Source of the DNA: an uncultured Bacteroidota bacterium
GTDB taxonomy: Bacteria > Bacteroidota > Ignavibacteria > UBA10030 > UBA6906
NCBI GenBank assembly: GCA_963809695.1
Contig: CAWEKI010000008.1
Coordinates: 249,739-313,738, forward strand
Direction: 5' to 3'
DNA length: 64,000 nt
Below are positions 27,256 to 37,068 of this stretch, piece by piece. The notes beneath the pieces were generated by a model. That model made no database searches. It worked only from the letters and a program-made list of their open reading frames with translations, and was not told the DNA's origin. The stretch's first letter is position 1, and each line of letters starts with the position of its first letter. Made by a program: the position numbers and the translations under genes.

Positions 27256-29781
27256 ATGCCAAGGCACACACCCAGGCCTTTCATTGCCGGTGTCCTGGTA
27301 GCGTGGTCGTCTCTTGCCATAGCGGGCACCACCGGAATTCTGGAGGGGACCGTCCGCGACAAGCGCACCGGTGAGCCGCTCCCGGGCGTCAACGTGATGC
27401 TCTCCCAGAGCAGGATGGGCACCACGACTGATGCCGACGGAAAGTACATGATCCAGGGTGTCCGGGCCGGGACGTACGAAGCACGCTTCAGCCTTATCGG
27501 CTACAGATCCTATCTCGTGCAGAATGTCATTATCAATGCTGATCTGAGAACCCGCCTGAATGTCGCCCTCGAGTCGGCCGAACTTCAGCTCGACGAGGTG
27601 ACTGTCGTTCAAGAAAAGCCTCTCATTCAGAGGGACGTTACCGGCACGACGTACATCATGTCGGGGGATGAGATCACTTTGCTTCCCGTGGATCGCAGCA
27701 CCGATGTCCTTCACCTGAAAGCAGGAGTGACAAGCGAAGGGAATGTCCGGGGAGGGAAGAGCACGGAGGTCCGCTACCTGGTCGATGGGTTGCCGGTTCA
27801 AGATGTCCTGTCGGGAGAGCTGAGTGCTAACCTGCCGACCAGCTCGATTACCAGCCTCACGATGTATACGGGAGGATTCGAAGCGGAGTACGGCAATGCG
27901 CTCTCCGGCATTGTCAATATTGTCACCAGAACGGGGTCCGACATACACCGCTGGTTCGTGCGGGGAGCGAAGGATGATCTTTTCATTGGCGACCAGAACA
28001 GCAAGACGAATGAGTTTGAACTCTCCGCGTCCGGACCGATCCTGGCAGGGAAGGCCTACTATCTTGCCGCGGTGAACGGCTTCTTTACCGGCACCCGATG
28101 GTGGCAGGATTTTCAGTACTACTACAGTATGCCGACCGACAAGACCATCAATGGTTTTGGCAAGGTCGACTACAACCCTAAGCCAGCGCTCCGCCTTGGC
28201 ACGCAGTTACTCTACTCGCACCATTCGTGGCACGACTACGAATTCAACTGGCGGTACAATCTTGCCGGCCTCCCGCCGGAAACGAGAACGTCGTACCGTG
28301 TTGCTGCAACGCTCTCTCATACGCCAAGCAACAGCTTTTTCTATACCGCGAGCCTCAGCTGGCTCCATGTGGTTTCCCAGATCGGTGCAGGAAATAAGAC
28401 GGACCTGGAATCCGCTGTTCCGTATCAGTATGATTTTTTTCTCCGGTTCATCGAATCCGGGCAACGCGCATGGTGGAGCAAATCCACGCAGAACAACACC
28501 ACAGGACGGCTTGATGCCACATGGAAGACGGGCGACGTGAATTTCCTCAGGTTCGGTGGGGAGATGACGCTGTATAATCTTTCCTCTGACATCGTGAAAT
28601 ATGAACCACGCAAGACCTTCTTTGGCATGCCGCTCGTTGACGAGCCTCAACTCAATTACAGCAGCAGCTATCTCTACAAGCCACGCGCCGGTGCCCTGTA
28701 TGTCCAGGACAAGCTGGATGTGTCGTCGGAAGGCGCACTCGTAACGGCCGGACTGCGGTACGACTTTCTGAACCCCCGGGCCAGCCGCCCCGCGATTGAG
28801 GCAATTCCTGTAGCAGATTCTGCGTACAACTTTCCGGTGGAAGCATTCGTACCAGCCTCCATCAAGCAGCAGATCAGCCCCCGCTTTGGCGCTGCATTTC
28901 CGATCGTGGAAAACGGCTACCTCTACCTCAACCTGGGCTGGTATTTTCAATATCCTCTGTTCGAATATCTCTACTCGGGACTGGATCGCGTGGGTCTCGC
29001 CAAGGGCATGAGCGCGATCACGGGAAATCCGGACCTGGAACCCGAGCGAACCACAATGTGGGAGATCAGTTTCAAATACAGCCTCCTGCAGAATATCGTA
29101 GGGTCCATCACCTATTTCCGGAAAGAAACATCCAACCAGATCGACTCAAAGACCTTCATTCCGGGGGACAGTAAACTTGCAGGAAACTTCGGCTTTGCAG
29201 AGTATGTGAACAATCCATACGCGGACGTCACGGGTCTTGAGATCGTCTTCTCCCGCGACCGGGGAGAGTGGCTGACCGGGGAGATTTCGTACACCTACAT
29301 GGTTGCTGAAGGCACGAGCGGAAGTTCATACGATGGTTTCTACATTGCTCAATACGGCCTGCCGCCGGCAGTCCGAACATTTCCGTTGAGCTGGGATCAA
29401 CGCCACTCGCTAAAAGCGAATCTCTCTTTCCAGTCGCCATCGGGCTTCGGCGTCCGGATCCTGACCGACTGGCATTCTGGACTTCCGTATACAAACTATC
29501 CCACAAGTACGGGGTATGACCAGATTGTCGGCGGTCGGTTTTCCGAGAACAATGCCCGGATGTCAGAGTACTTCAACATGGACATGAAGATCGAACAGCG
29601 ATTCACTCCATCGTGGTGGCCTTCCTCGTCGCTCTCGGTCTATCTCGATATCAGAAACGTTCTGAACGACGAAAATGTTAAATGGATGGATTCCAATGGA
29701 CGCGTTGGAGGAGAGCTCGGGGACCCATCGGGATACTTTACCGGCCGGAGGACGCGCCTTGGTGTGCAAGCAGAGTTCTAA
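27256..29781 (+). CDS. TonB-dependent receptor with N-terminal carboxypeptidase-like regulatory domain
   Basis: GEPLPGVNV, VRGG, GGFEAEYGNALSGIVNI plug, NPDLEPE, C-terminal Phe. Confidence 0.9.
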   Translation: MPRHTPRPFIAGVLVAWSSLAIAGTTGILEGTVRDKRTGEPLPGVNVMLSQSRMGTTTDADGKYMIQGVRAGTYEARFSLIGYRSYLVQNVIINADLRTRLNVALESAELQLDEVTVVQEKPLIQRDVTGTTYIMSGDEITLLPVDRSTDVLHLKAGVTSEGNVRGGKSTEVRYLVDGLPVQDVLSGELSANLPTSSITSLTMYTGGFEAEYGNALSGIVNIVTRTGSDIHRWFVRGAKDDLFIGDQNSKTNEFELSASGPILAGKAYYLAAVNGFFTGTRWWQDFQYYYSMPTDKTINGFGKVDYNPKPALRLGTQLLYSHHSWHDYEFNWRYNLAGLPPETRTSYRVAATLSHTPSNSFFYTASLSWLHVVSQIGAGNKTDLESAVPYQYDFFLRFIESGQRAWWSKSTQNNTTGRLDATWKTGDVNFLRFGGEMTLYNLSSDIVKYEPRKTFFGMPLVDEPQLNYSSSYLYKPRAGALYVQDKLDVSSEGALVTAGLRYDFLNPRASRPAIEAIPVADSAYNFPVEAFVPASIKQQISPRFGAAFPIVENGYLYLNLGWYFQYPLFEYLYSGLDRVGLAKGMSAITGNPDLEPERTTMWEISFKYSLLQNIVGSITYFRKETSNQIDSKTFIPGDSKLAGNFGFAEYVNNPYADVTGLEIVFSRDRGEWLTGEISYTYMVAEGTSGSSYDGFYIAQYGLPPAVRTFPLSWDQRHSLKANLSFQSPSGFGVRILTDWHSGLPYTNYPTSTGYDQIVGGRFSENNARMSEYFNMDMKIEQRFTPSWWPSSSLSVYLDIRNVLNDENVKWMDSNGRVGGELGDPSGYFTGRRTRLGVQAEF

Positions 29782-30355
29782 CCTCCTGATCATAACGTCG
29801 TGGGTGCTTTTCTGTTCCGGCTGCGACGAGTCGCTGCCCCCGAGGTCGGAGCCAACACAGGTCATCATGGCTTCGGTCGCACCGCCGTATGCCTACATTC
29901 CGGTTCAGGATGGCGTGCCGACGGGCACAGAGGGATTTCTCACCGCATCGCTCACGAATATTTATGATGATGTCCTTCAAAAGGAAGCGAACATCGGGGG
30001 AAGCATCGACGTGTGGCTTGCCGACAATCCTCAGGTGCACAGGACAATTCTTCTTACTGCCAGGGACCTTACACACCCCAGCCTGGACGGAAAGCTCCTT
30101 ACTCTGAAACCCGGGGAAGCCGCGCGAGTACTTGCCGCCTGGGATCAACGGACAGATGAAGGGATCCCTTTCTGGAATTACGTCCATCGCACGCATATCG
30201 TGAATGCCACGAACGACTACTATGATACGGATCCTATCGAGTTTGTCGCCCAGGCATCCATTCAAGTTTTTGCAAATGTCCAGCCCCGTACAAGTCCTGC
30301 CATTCATTACACCACCATGTACCGGTTGTTCGGGAATATCGATGCGAATGATTAA
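29762..30355 (+). CDS. Hypothetical lipoprotein
   Basis: Hydrophobic stretch and lipobox FCSG-C(DESLPP); start uncertain (GTG 29762 overlapping the receptor stop). Confidence 0.6.
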   Translation: MCKQSSNLLIITSWVLFCSGCDESLPPRSEPTQVIMASVAPPYAYIPVQDGVPTGTEGFLTASLTNIYDDVLQKEANIGGSIDVWLADNPQVHRTILLTARDLTHPSLDGKLLTLKPGEAARVLAAWDQRTDEGIPFWNYVHRTHIVNATNDYYDTDPIEFVAQASIQVFANVQPRTSPAIHYTTMYRLFGNIDAND

Positions 30356-32480
30356 TACTGTCTTTGCCGTCCATAATCACCAGCCGATAGGAAACTTCGA
30401 AAACGTTTTCGAAGAGGCGTACCGGCTTTCGTACAAGCCGTTCATCGATGTTCTGGAGCGGCACCCGTCTGTGAAGTTCACACAACACTGGACCGGGACC
30501 CTGCTGGAATGGTTGATCCGCACACACCCCGAGTTGGTCGAGCGGATGAAGTCGTTGGTGAAACGTGGCCAACTGGAATTACTTACGGGCGCCTACTACG
30601 AGGCAATTCTAGCGGTGATCCCCGAGCGGGACAGGATCGGGCAGATCAAGAAGTTGACACACACCATTCAATCGACGTTCGATTTTACCCCTCGGGGGAT
30701 GTGGCTCGCCGAGCGGGTGTGGGAGCAACATCTGGTGGGGTCTCTTGCAAGGGCAGGTGTGGAGTTCGTGATGGTGGACGACACCCACTTCCGTCACGCC
30801 GGCCTCAAGGATCGACAGCTGCTTGGCTATTATACGACCGAGGAGGAGGGACAGGTCCTGAAGGTGATGCCGATCGACAAGATGCTTCGTTATACCGTTC
30901 CCTTCAGGCCCTTGACGGAAACTCTCGACTATTTCGGAAGTGTCGCTTCGGAGGACGGCCAACGTGTGGTCATCAATGCTGATGACGGAGAGAAATTCGG
31001 GGTGTGGCCCAAGACCCACAATTCCGTGTACGAACAGGGGTGGCTTGAGTCATTCTGTGATATGCTCGAGGAGCAGAGCAGCTGGATAAGAACCCTGCAC
31101 CTGAGTACGGTGGTCGACACACTTCCGCCCCAGGGCCGCATTTATCTCCCTGCGGCTTCTTATTCGGAAATGATGAAGTGGGCCTTGAATTCCGTCTCGT
31201 TCCTGGACCTGGAACGGTTTGAGCGTCAGCTCGAGGAGCACCACCTGCTCGAGCCCAATGCGATGTTTGTGCGGGGCGGGTACTGGCGAAATTTTCTGGC
31301 CAAGTATCCCGAGTCCAATCACATGCACAAGAAAATGCTCCGCATCGCGCACCGCGTCCGGGATGCCACTGCAACGGGCGAAACGATCCCTGAGCCTCTC
31401 CTCGAAAAGCTCTGGGCCGGGCAGTGCAATGATCCCTACTGGCACGGGGTGTTTGGAGGCCTCTATCTTCCGAATCTGCGCCTCCCGGTCTACCGCAGCC
31501 TGCTCGACGCTGAAGGACAGCTCGACAAGCTTCAGGCGCGTTCGTCCATTCGTGTCGAAGAGCTGGATTTCGACTGCGATGGTTTCCCCGAGATCGTTGT
31601 CGAATCTCCCACGCTGGATTTCTGCATAGCCCCGAGGTTTGGGGGGAGCCTGCTGGAGCTCGACGTCAAACCCGCGAACGTCAACTTGATTGATATCGTC
31701 AGCAGGAGGGAAGAGGGATATCACCGCCGACTACGGGAGGACGCACTGAATACGCTCCTGCACGGCAGCGAGCCAGTTGAGGTCAAGGAAAAGGGGCTGG
31801 AGCGTCATCTGCACTTTGACTGGTACCGGCACGGGTCGCTCATTGACCATATTCTCGGGGAAGGGACATCCCTCCAGTCTTTTGCGGCCTGCAATTATCC
31901 GGAGCTCGGCGACTTTGTCAACCAACCGTATGCAGCGGAGGTCATAAGCAACGGGAGCGCGATAGCGGTGAAACTTGCGAGGGAAGGGGGAATTTGGAAG
32001 GACGGGAGACGGCATGCCATCGCGGTCCGGAAGGAGCTGCTGTTTGCCCTGGGGGGAAATGAGTTCACTGTGGAATACCAGATCGCCAACCTGGAAAAAC
32101 AGCCGGTTGACATCTGGTTCGGCGTCGAATATGCTGTCGGGTCGATGGCCGGCGATGCGCCTGACCGGTATTATGATATTGAAGGAAAGACTCTACACGA
32201 CAGGCGCTTGCGCAGTGCCGGTGAAGAGGGAAACGTGCGTACGTTCCGTCTGGTGGACGAGTGGCTCCGGCTGCAGACGGTATTTGCGGTTGACACGCCA
32301 GCAACACTCTGGCGGTTCCCGCTCGAAACCGTGTCGCTTTCCGAAGGAGGATTCGAGCGCATCTATCAGGGATCGATCCTGCTGTTGCATTGGCGTTATC
32401 GCCTGCCGGGCAACGGAGAAGAATTCCGGTTCCGTTGCACCCAATCCACCTCAACCGTACAGACACCGGCACAGCCGTGA
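30348..32480 (+). CDS. GH57 alpha-amylase/4-alpha-glucanotransferase
   Basis: HNHQP, GMWLAERVWE, DDGEKFG, AGQCNDPYWHGVFGGLY, SEGGFERIYQG. Confidence 0.93.
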   Translation: MINTVFAVHNHQPIGNFENVFEEAYRLSYKPFIDVLERHPSVKFTQHWTGTLLEWLIRTHPELVERMKSLVKRGQLELLTGAYYEAILAVIPERDRIGQIKKLTHTIQSTFDFTPRGMWLAERVWEQHLVGSLARAGVEFVMVDDTHFRHAGLKDRQLLGYYTTEEEGQVLKVMPIDKMLRYTVPFRPLTETLDYFGSVASEDGQRVVINADDGEKFGVWPKTHNSVYEQGWLESFCDMLEEQSSWIRTLHLSTVVDTLPPQGRIYLPAASYSEMMKWALNSVSFLDLERFERQLEEHHLLEPNAMFVRGGYWRNFLAKYPESNHMHKKMLRIAHRVRDATATGETIPEPLLEKLWAGQCNDPYWHGVFGGLYLPNLRLPVYRSLLDAEGQLDKLQARSSIRVEELDFDCDGFPEIVVESPTLDFCIAPRFGGSLLELDVKPANVNLIDIVSRREEGYHRRLREDALNTLLHGSEPVEVKEKGLERHLHFDWYRHGSLIDHILGEGTSLQSFAACNYPELGDFVNQPYAAEVISNGSAIAVKLAREGGIWKDGRRHAIAVRKELLFALGGNEFTVEYQIANLEKQPVDIWFGVEYAVGSMAGDAPDRYYDIEGKTLHDRRLRSAGEEGNVRTFRLVDEWLRLQTVFAVDTPATLWRFPLETVSLSEGGFERIYQGSILLLHWRYRLPGNGEEFRFRCTQSTSTVQTPAQP

Positions 32481-33202
32481 GAACAACCATAATCATTCCC
32501 ACTTTGAACGAGGAAAAGCTCCTGGAGGGCATGCTGCTCCAATTTTCTCCCGAAATTGTCAAACGCCATGATGTGGAGGTGATCGTCAGCGACGGTGGGA
32601 GCACTGATCGGACGCTCGAGATCGCCCACCGCCTTGCACACAAGGTCGTGGAGAATCAGGACCGTGTGCGGCAGACGATCTCCATAGGGAGGAACGCGGG
32701 TGCCGCGCAGGCTGCCGGAGACGTGCTGGTGTTTCTCAACGCCGATACGCTTATCAGCGACGTGGATCGCTTCTTTGTGACGCTCAAGGCCGAAATTGAA
32801 ACCCCCGAGGTGGTTGCTCTTACCTGCAGCGTGCTCGTATTCCCACAGGAGGAACGGTTAATCGACGTGCTCTTCCACCGGTTCTACAACTGGTTCTTTT
32901 ACATGATGAACCGTGTCGGGATGGCGATGGGAAGAGGGGAGTGCCATATTATCAAGCGCCCCGTGTTCGAGGAAGTGGGCGGATATGCCACCGGTATTGC
33001 CGCGGGAGAGGACTACGACATGTTCCGGCGGCTGCAAAAGGTCGGGAAAGTGAAGTTCTTGAACGATTTGGTTGTGTACGAATCCCCCCGGCGGTACCGT
33101 CAGTTCGGATATGCCTACGTCACGGCCTCCTGGTTCTTGAATTTCCTTTCCGTTTTCTTTCTTCACCGCTCCATTTCCGACCAATGGAAGCCGGTTCGGT
33201 AA
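32477..33202 (+). CDS. Glycosyltransferase family 2
   Basis: IIIPTLNEE, SDGGSTD, RNAGA, FLNAD, GED, SPRR. Confidence 0.9.
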   Translation: MRTTIIIPTLNEEKLLEGMLLQFSPEIVKRHDVEVIVSDGGSTDRTLEIAHRLAHKVVENQDRVRQTISIGRNAGAAQAAGDVLVFLNADTLISDVDRFFVTLKAEIETPEVVALTCSVLVFPQEERLIDVLFHRFYNWFFYMMNRVGMAMGRGECHIIKRPVFEEVGGYATGIAAGEDYDMFRRLQKVGKVKFLNDLVVYESPRRYRQFGYAYVTASWFLNFLSVFFLHRSISDQWKPVR

Positions 33203-33205
33203 AGT

Positions 33206-33234
33206 TTGACTTTCGGGCCGATTTTCGATACTAT
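33206..33234 (+). promoter_or_regulatory. sigma70 promoter for ctpA operon
   Basis: TTGACT-N17-TACTAT. Confidence 0.7.
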
Positions 33235-33271
33235 ATGTATTCATAAGCAGAAAGTGAGAAGGGAAATCCTC

Positions 33272-34888
33272 ATGCGTAAAAGGTTTTCGCTCCCGACGCT
33301 TGTCGGGCTGATTGCGGTAAGTCTCCTGGCAGGCGCCACACTCAACCACGTGTTTTCCGGCGACAACCTGCTGGAGCAGGTGAGAAAGATCACGGATGTC
33401 CTCAGTGTGACGGAGAAGTACTATGTGGAGGATGTGGATACACAGAAGCTTACCGAAGCGGCCATCAACGGTATGCTCGGGCAGCTGGATCCGCATTCTG
33501 TGTACATTCCGGCAAGCCAGATGCAGCGCGTTACCGAGGAATTTCAGGGGAGTTTTGAGGGGATTGGCATCGAATATCAAGTTCTGAACGACACCCTCCT
33601 GGTTGTTTCTCCCATAGTCGGCGGGCCAAGCGAGGCGCTCGGCATCCAGGCAGGAGACAAGATCGTCAAGATCAATGATTCCTCGGCTGTGGGTATCACT
33701 CAGGAAGGGGTCCAGAAAAAGCTGCGTGGACCCAAGGGGAGCAAGGTCCGCGTAGCTATCGTCCGCGCCGGGATCAGTTCGCTCTTGGACTTCGACATCA
33801 TCAGGGACACCGTCCCGATCTATACGGTGGATGCCGCATTCATGGTCGATGATCAGACGGGCTACGTGACCGTCACCCGATTTGGGGCGAAAACGCATGA
33901 TGAATTCCTCGAGGCCATGTCCAAGCTGCGCGCCGCCGGAATGAAGAAGCTCGTGCTTGATCTGCGCGGGAATGCCGGCGGGTATCTGGAGCAGGCGTTC
34001 AAGATGGTGGATGAGCTCATGCCGCAGGGAAGGAAGATCGTGTTCACGAAAGGGCGGCGTCCTGAAGCCAACGACGAATATATTTCCTCGGGAGCGGGGC
34101 GGTTTGTGGACCTCACCCTGGTGGTTCTGGTGAACAACGGCTCCGCCTCGGCGAGCGAGATCGTTGCTGGTGCGGTGCAGGACTGGGACCGGGGCCTGAT
34201 CGTCGGCGAGACAACGTTTGGCAAAGGGCTCGTGCAGCGCCAATTCGACCTGAAGGACGGTTCGGCGTTCCGCCTCACGACTGCACGGTATTATACTCCC
34301 AGCGGCCGCCTGATCCAGCGTCCGTATGGAGCGGACAAGATGAAATACCAGCTAGAGGCTTTCGAGCGCACCGAGACCGAGGGGGAGAACATCACCCACT
34401 CGGCGGAAAAGGATTCGAGCCGGCCGGTGTTCAAGACCATGGGCGGACGCGTCGTCTATGGAGGCGGTGGGATCACGCCGGACTATATTGTGAAAGCGGA
34501 GCGTCTGAATGAATACACCGTTCAGTTGCGCAGCAAGCTCATCTTCCTGCAATATGCCGAAAAGTATCTCGACCAGCACGGTACGGAAATTAAAGTCAAG
34601 TATGCCAAGGATCCGCGCTCGTTCGTTCGCAACTTCGAGGTGAATGCCGCAATGCTGGACGATCTGCTTGCCCTGGCCAAAGAAAAGAAAGTGGAGTTTA
34701 ATAAGGACCTGTACGAGAAAGACCTTCGGTTTATCAAGGCTTTCACCAAAGCGTATATTGCGCGCAGCCTGTGGGGAAACGAGGGGTCGTCCCGGGTGAT
34801 GCTTATGGAAGACGTGCAATTCAAGAAGGCGGAAACCCTCTTCCCGGAGGCCGAAAAGATCTCAAAGAATCTTACCCAGTTACGATAA
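33272..34888 (+). CDS. ctpA: Carboxyl-terminal processing protease (S41A)
   Basis: LDPHS, PDZ GIGI, LDLRGNAGG, SASASEIVAGAVQD, TFGKGLVQ, YYTPSGR. Confidence 0.93.
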   Translation: MRKRFSLPTLVGLIAVSLLAGATLNHVFSGDNLLEQVRKITDVLSVTEKYYVEDVDTQKLTEAAINGMLGQLDPHSVYIPASQMQRVTEEFQGSFEGIGIEYQVLNDTLLVVSPIVGGPSEALGIQAGDKIVKINDSSAVGITQEGVQKKLRGPKGSKVRVAIVRAGISSLLDFDIIRDTVPIYTVDAAFMVDDQTGYVTVTRFGAKTHDEFLEAMSKLRAAGMKKLVLDLRGNAGGYLEQAFKMVDELMPQGRKIVFTKGRRPEANDEYISSGAGRFVDLTLVVLVNNGSASASEIVAGAVQDWDRGLIVGETTFGKGLVQRQFDLKDGSAFRLTTARYYTPSGRLIQRPYGADKMKYQLEAFERTETEGENITHSAEKDSSRPVFKTMGGRVVYGGGGITPDYIVKAERLNEYTVQLRSKLIFLQYAEKYLDQHGTEIKVKYAKDPRSFVRNFEVNAAMLDDLLALAKEKKVEFNKDLYEKDLRFIKAFTKAYIARSLWGNEGSSRVMLMEDVQFKKAETLFPEAEKISKNLTQLR

Positions 34889-34898
34889 CGTTCACTCG

Positions 34899-35705
34899 AT
34901 GAGGGATTCCAGACGCTTCTGCGTTGTACTCTTCCTGATTGCCGCGATCGTCCCTTGGGCAATGCTCTTTGGCCAGGCTCCTCCCCCTTCGCACGTGCTG
35001 TCAGAGGGGGAGGAGTTGACCTACAACGTGCGTTACGGTTTCTTCAACTTGGGTAGTGTTCGGATCCGCACCATCCAGCGTCAGGCATCGGGGTCAACCG
35101 TTGCGTATGACTGCAAGGCGCTGATCAATTCGTATCCCAAAGTCCCGTTCGTGGACCTGCATGCGACGTACGAGAGCGTCATAGACACGACGATCTACTC
35201 CCACCATTTCGTCGGAAAGACGAAGCAGGACGACTGGTGGAGTTTTTCCCGTTATTCGTTCGACTCTCCCAACCGGCGCGTCATCATTGAAAACGGGCAG
35301 CAAGACACGCTCATCACCACGCGCGACACCGTCAGCGTCGAGGGGGTGTACCAGGATGGTCTCTCCCTTTTCTTTTTTGCCCGGGATCGGCTGTTTGCCG
35401 GCAAGTCGATCGACATTCCGTGTGTGGTGACCGAGAAAAAGGTTACCACGCACATCAATTTTGACGGCAGACGGGACAAGGTGGAGATCGATGCCGTGGA
35501 TTATCCGGTGGACGTCGTGGGCTTTGACGGATCTGCAGACTTTGTGGGGATCTTCGGGCTTACCGGCGACTTCGACGGCTGGTTCAGCAACGATGAGGCG
35601 CGTGTACCCATCCTGGCGAAGATGAAGGTGATCATCGGGAGCGTCACCATCGAGCTTATGCAATGGAAGCGTCCCGGATGGAATCCGCCGCGGGCGAAAG
35701 ATTGA
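34899..35705 (+). CDS. DUF3108-like secreted protein
   Basis: Signal peptide; GEELTYNVRYG, WFSNDEARVP motifs. Confidence 0.7.
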   Translation: MRDSRRFCVVLFLIAAIVPWAMLFGQAPPPSHVLSEGEELTYNVRYGFFNLGSVRIRTIQRQASGSTVAYDCKALINSYPKVPFVDLHATYESVIDTTIYSHHFVGKTKQDDWWSFSRYSFDSPNRRVIIENGQQDTLITTRDTVSVEGVYQDGLSLFFFARDRLFAGKSIDIPCVVTEKKVTTHINFDGRRDKVEIDAVDYPVDVVGFDGSADFVGIFGLTGDFDGWFSNDEARVPILAKMKVIIGSVTIELMQWKRPGWNPPRAKD

Positions 35706-35715
35706 GCCCGAGCCG

Positions 35716-36180
35716 ATGAGACTCATCGAACACCATGGCGTGCATCCAGAGGTCCCTCCGTCCGCGTTTGTGGCCGAAGGGGCCTGCCTGATTGGCCAAG
35801 TGACGCTGGGACGGGACTCCAGTGTCTGGTTCAACGCGGTGCTTCGCGGTGACATCAACGGCATCCGCATCGGCGACCGATCCAACGTTCAGGCTGTGAT
35901 TCACGGCTGTGAGCTTTGTGATGGTTCACTGATCGGCATGGGTGCCGTCGTGTTGGACGGCGCCAGGGTCGGTCCGCAGGTGCTGGTTGCCGCCGGAAGT
36001 GTCGTGCTGGAGAAGAGTACTATTCCCGAAGGCATGCTGGCGGCCGGCGTTCCGGCACGCATTATCCGTCCTCTTACCGGGCAGGAACGAACTTCCCTGC
36101 TCGGGTCTGCCCAGCACTACGTCGAGTATGCACGCAGCTATCAACGCCAGTCCACTCCGGGAGATCCCTCATGCGCGTGA
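35716..36180 (+). pseudogene. Gamma-carbonic-anhydrase/YrdA-family gene with in-frame internal deletion
   Basis: SVWFNAVLRGDIN.IRIGDRSNVQ joins directly to AVIHGC; the usual D..lH...IG..VTvGH segment is absent. Confidence 0.65.
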
Positions 36181-37067
36181 AATTCTGGGGAACACGCGGG
36201 TCGCTTCCCACCCCCGGGAAGCAAACTGTTCGTTACGGTGGAAATACCCCGTGCGTGGAAGTACGCCTGCCGCATGACGAGCTGGTGATCTTTGACGCGG
36301 GAACGGGCATCCGCGGGCTGGGCGATGCGCTGATGACACGGGGAGAATCTGTCAAAGCCTTCCTGGCGATCACGCATCCGCACTGGGATCACATTCAGGG
36401 CTTCCCGTTCTTCAAGCCGGTGTTCATCTCAGGGAATGAGTTTACCATTATCGGAGCTGAGTCAAAAGGGGTGACGCTGCGGCAGATGATCGCGTCGCAG
36501 ATGGACAAGGCGTATTTCCCCGTGCAGCTGAACGAGTTGAAGGCGAAGATCAACTTCCACCCGGTCAAAGAGGAAACGATCCGCGTCTTCAATGCCGGCC
36601 TGTCATCGATCTACGTGAATCACCCGGCATTTGCCCTCGGATACCGGTTGTCGATCGCAGGGCGGTCCGTAGTCTACATCAGCGACAATGAACCCTTCGA
36701 CCGCGAGGTGGCGAAGTCGCTGCGAAACGTGGACAAGAATGTGGTGGCGCGATATCTTGAAGTCCGCGGCGATCCGAACCAGAGGATCTTTGATTTTGCC
36801 CGGGGCGCTGACGTCCTGATTCATGATACGACATACACGCCGGAAGAATATGTGAACCATGTCGGCTGGGGGCACTCTCACTACTTGTTCTCGCTCAAGA
36901 TTGCGGATGAAGCAGGGGTAAAACAGCTGGTCCTGTTCCACCACGACCAGACGCACGATGATGAGAAGGTTGATGAAATCGTGCAGAAGTGCAGGAAGGA
37001 GATCAAGACCCGCGGTTACAGATTTGAGTGCATTGCCGCTGCAGAGGGACTTGAGCTTCAGTGGTGA
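36171..37067 (+). CDS. MBL-fold metallo-hydrolase
   Basis: FWGTRGS, YGGNTPC, DAGTG, THPHWDHIQG, GWGHS, LFHHD. Confidence 0.92.
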   Translation: MRVKFWGTRGSLPTPGKQTVRYGGNTPCVEVRLPHDELVIFDAGTGIRGLGDALMTRGESVKAFLAITHPHWDHIQGFPFFKPVFISGNEFTIIGAESKGVTLRQMIASQMDKAYFPVQLNELKAKINFHPVKEETIRVFNAGLSSIYVNHPAFALGYRLSIAGRSVVYISDNEPFDREVAKSLRNVDKNVVARYLEVRGDPNQRIFDFARGADVLIHDTTYTPEEYVNHVGWGHSHYLFSLKIADEAGVKQLVLFHHDQTHDDEKVDEIVQKCRKEIKTRGYRFECIAAAEGLELQW

Positions 37068-37068
37068 C

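Noticed and set aside
26137-27948. 603-aa minus-strand ORF (likewise 46592-48799, 49409-51058, 32858-34243, 10621-11868)
   Set aside because: Antisense shadows of well-supported + strand genes, expected from GC-rich codon bias; no recognisable motifs
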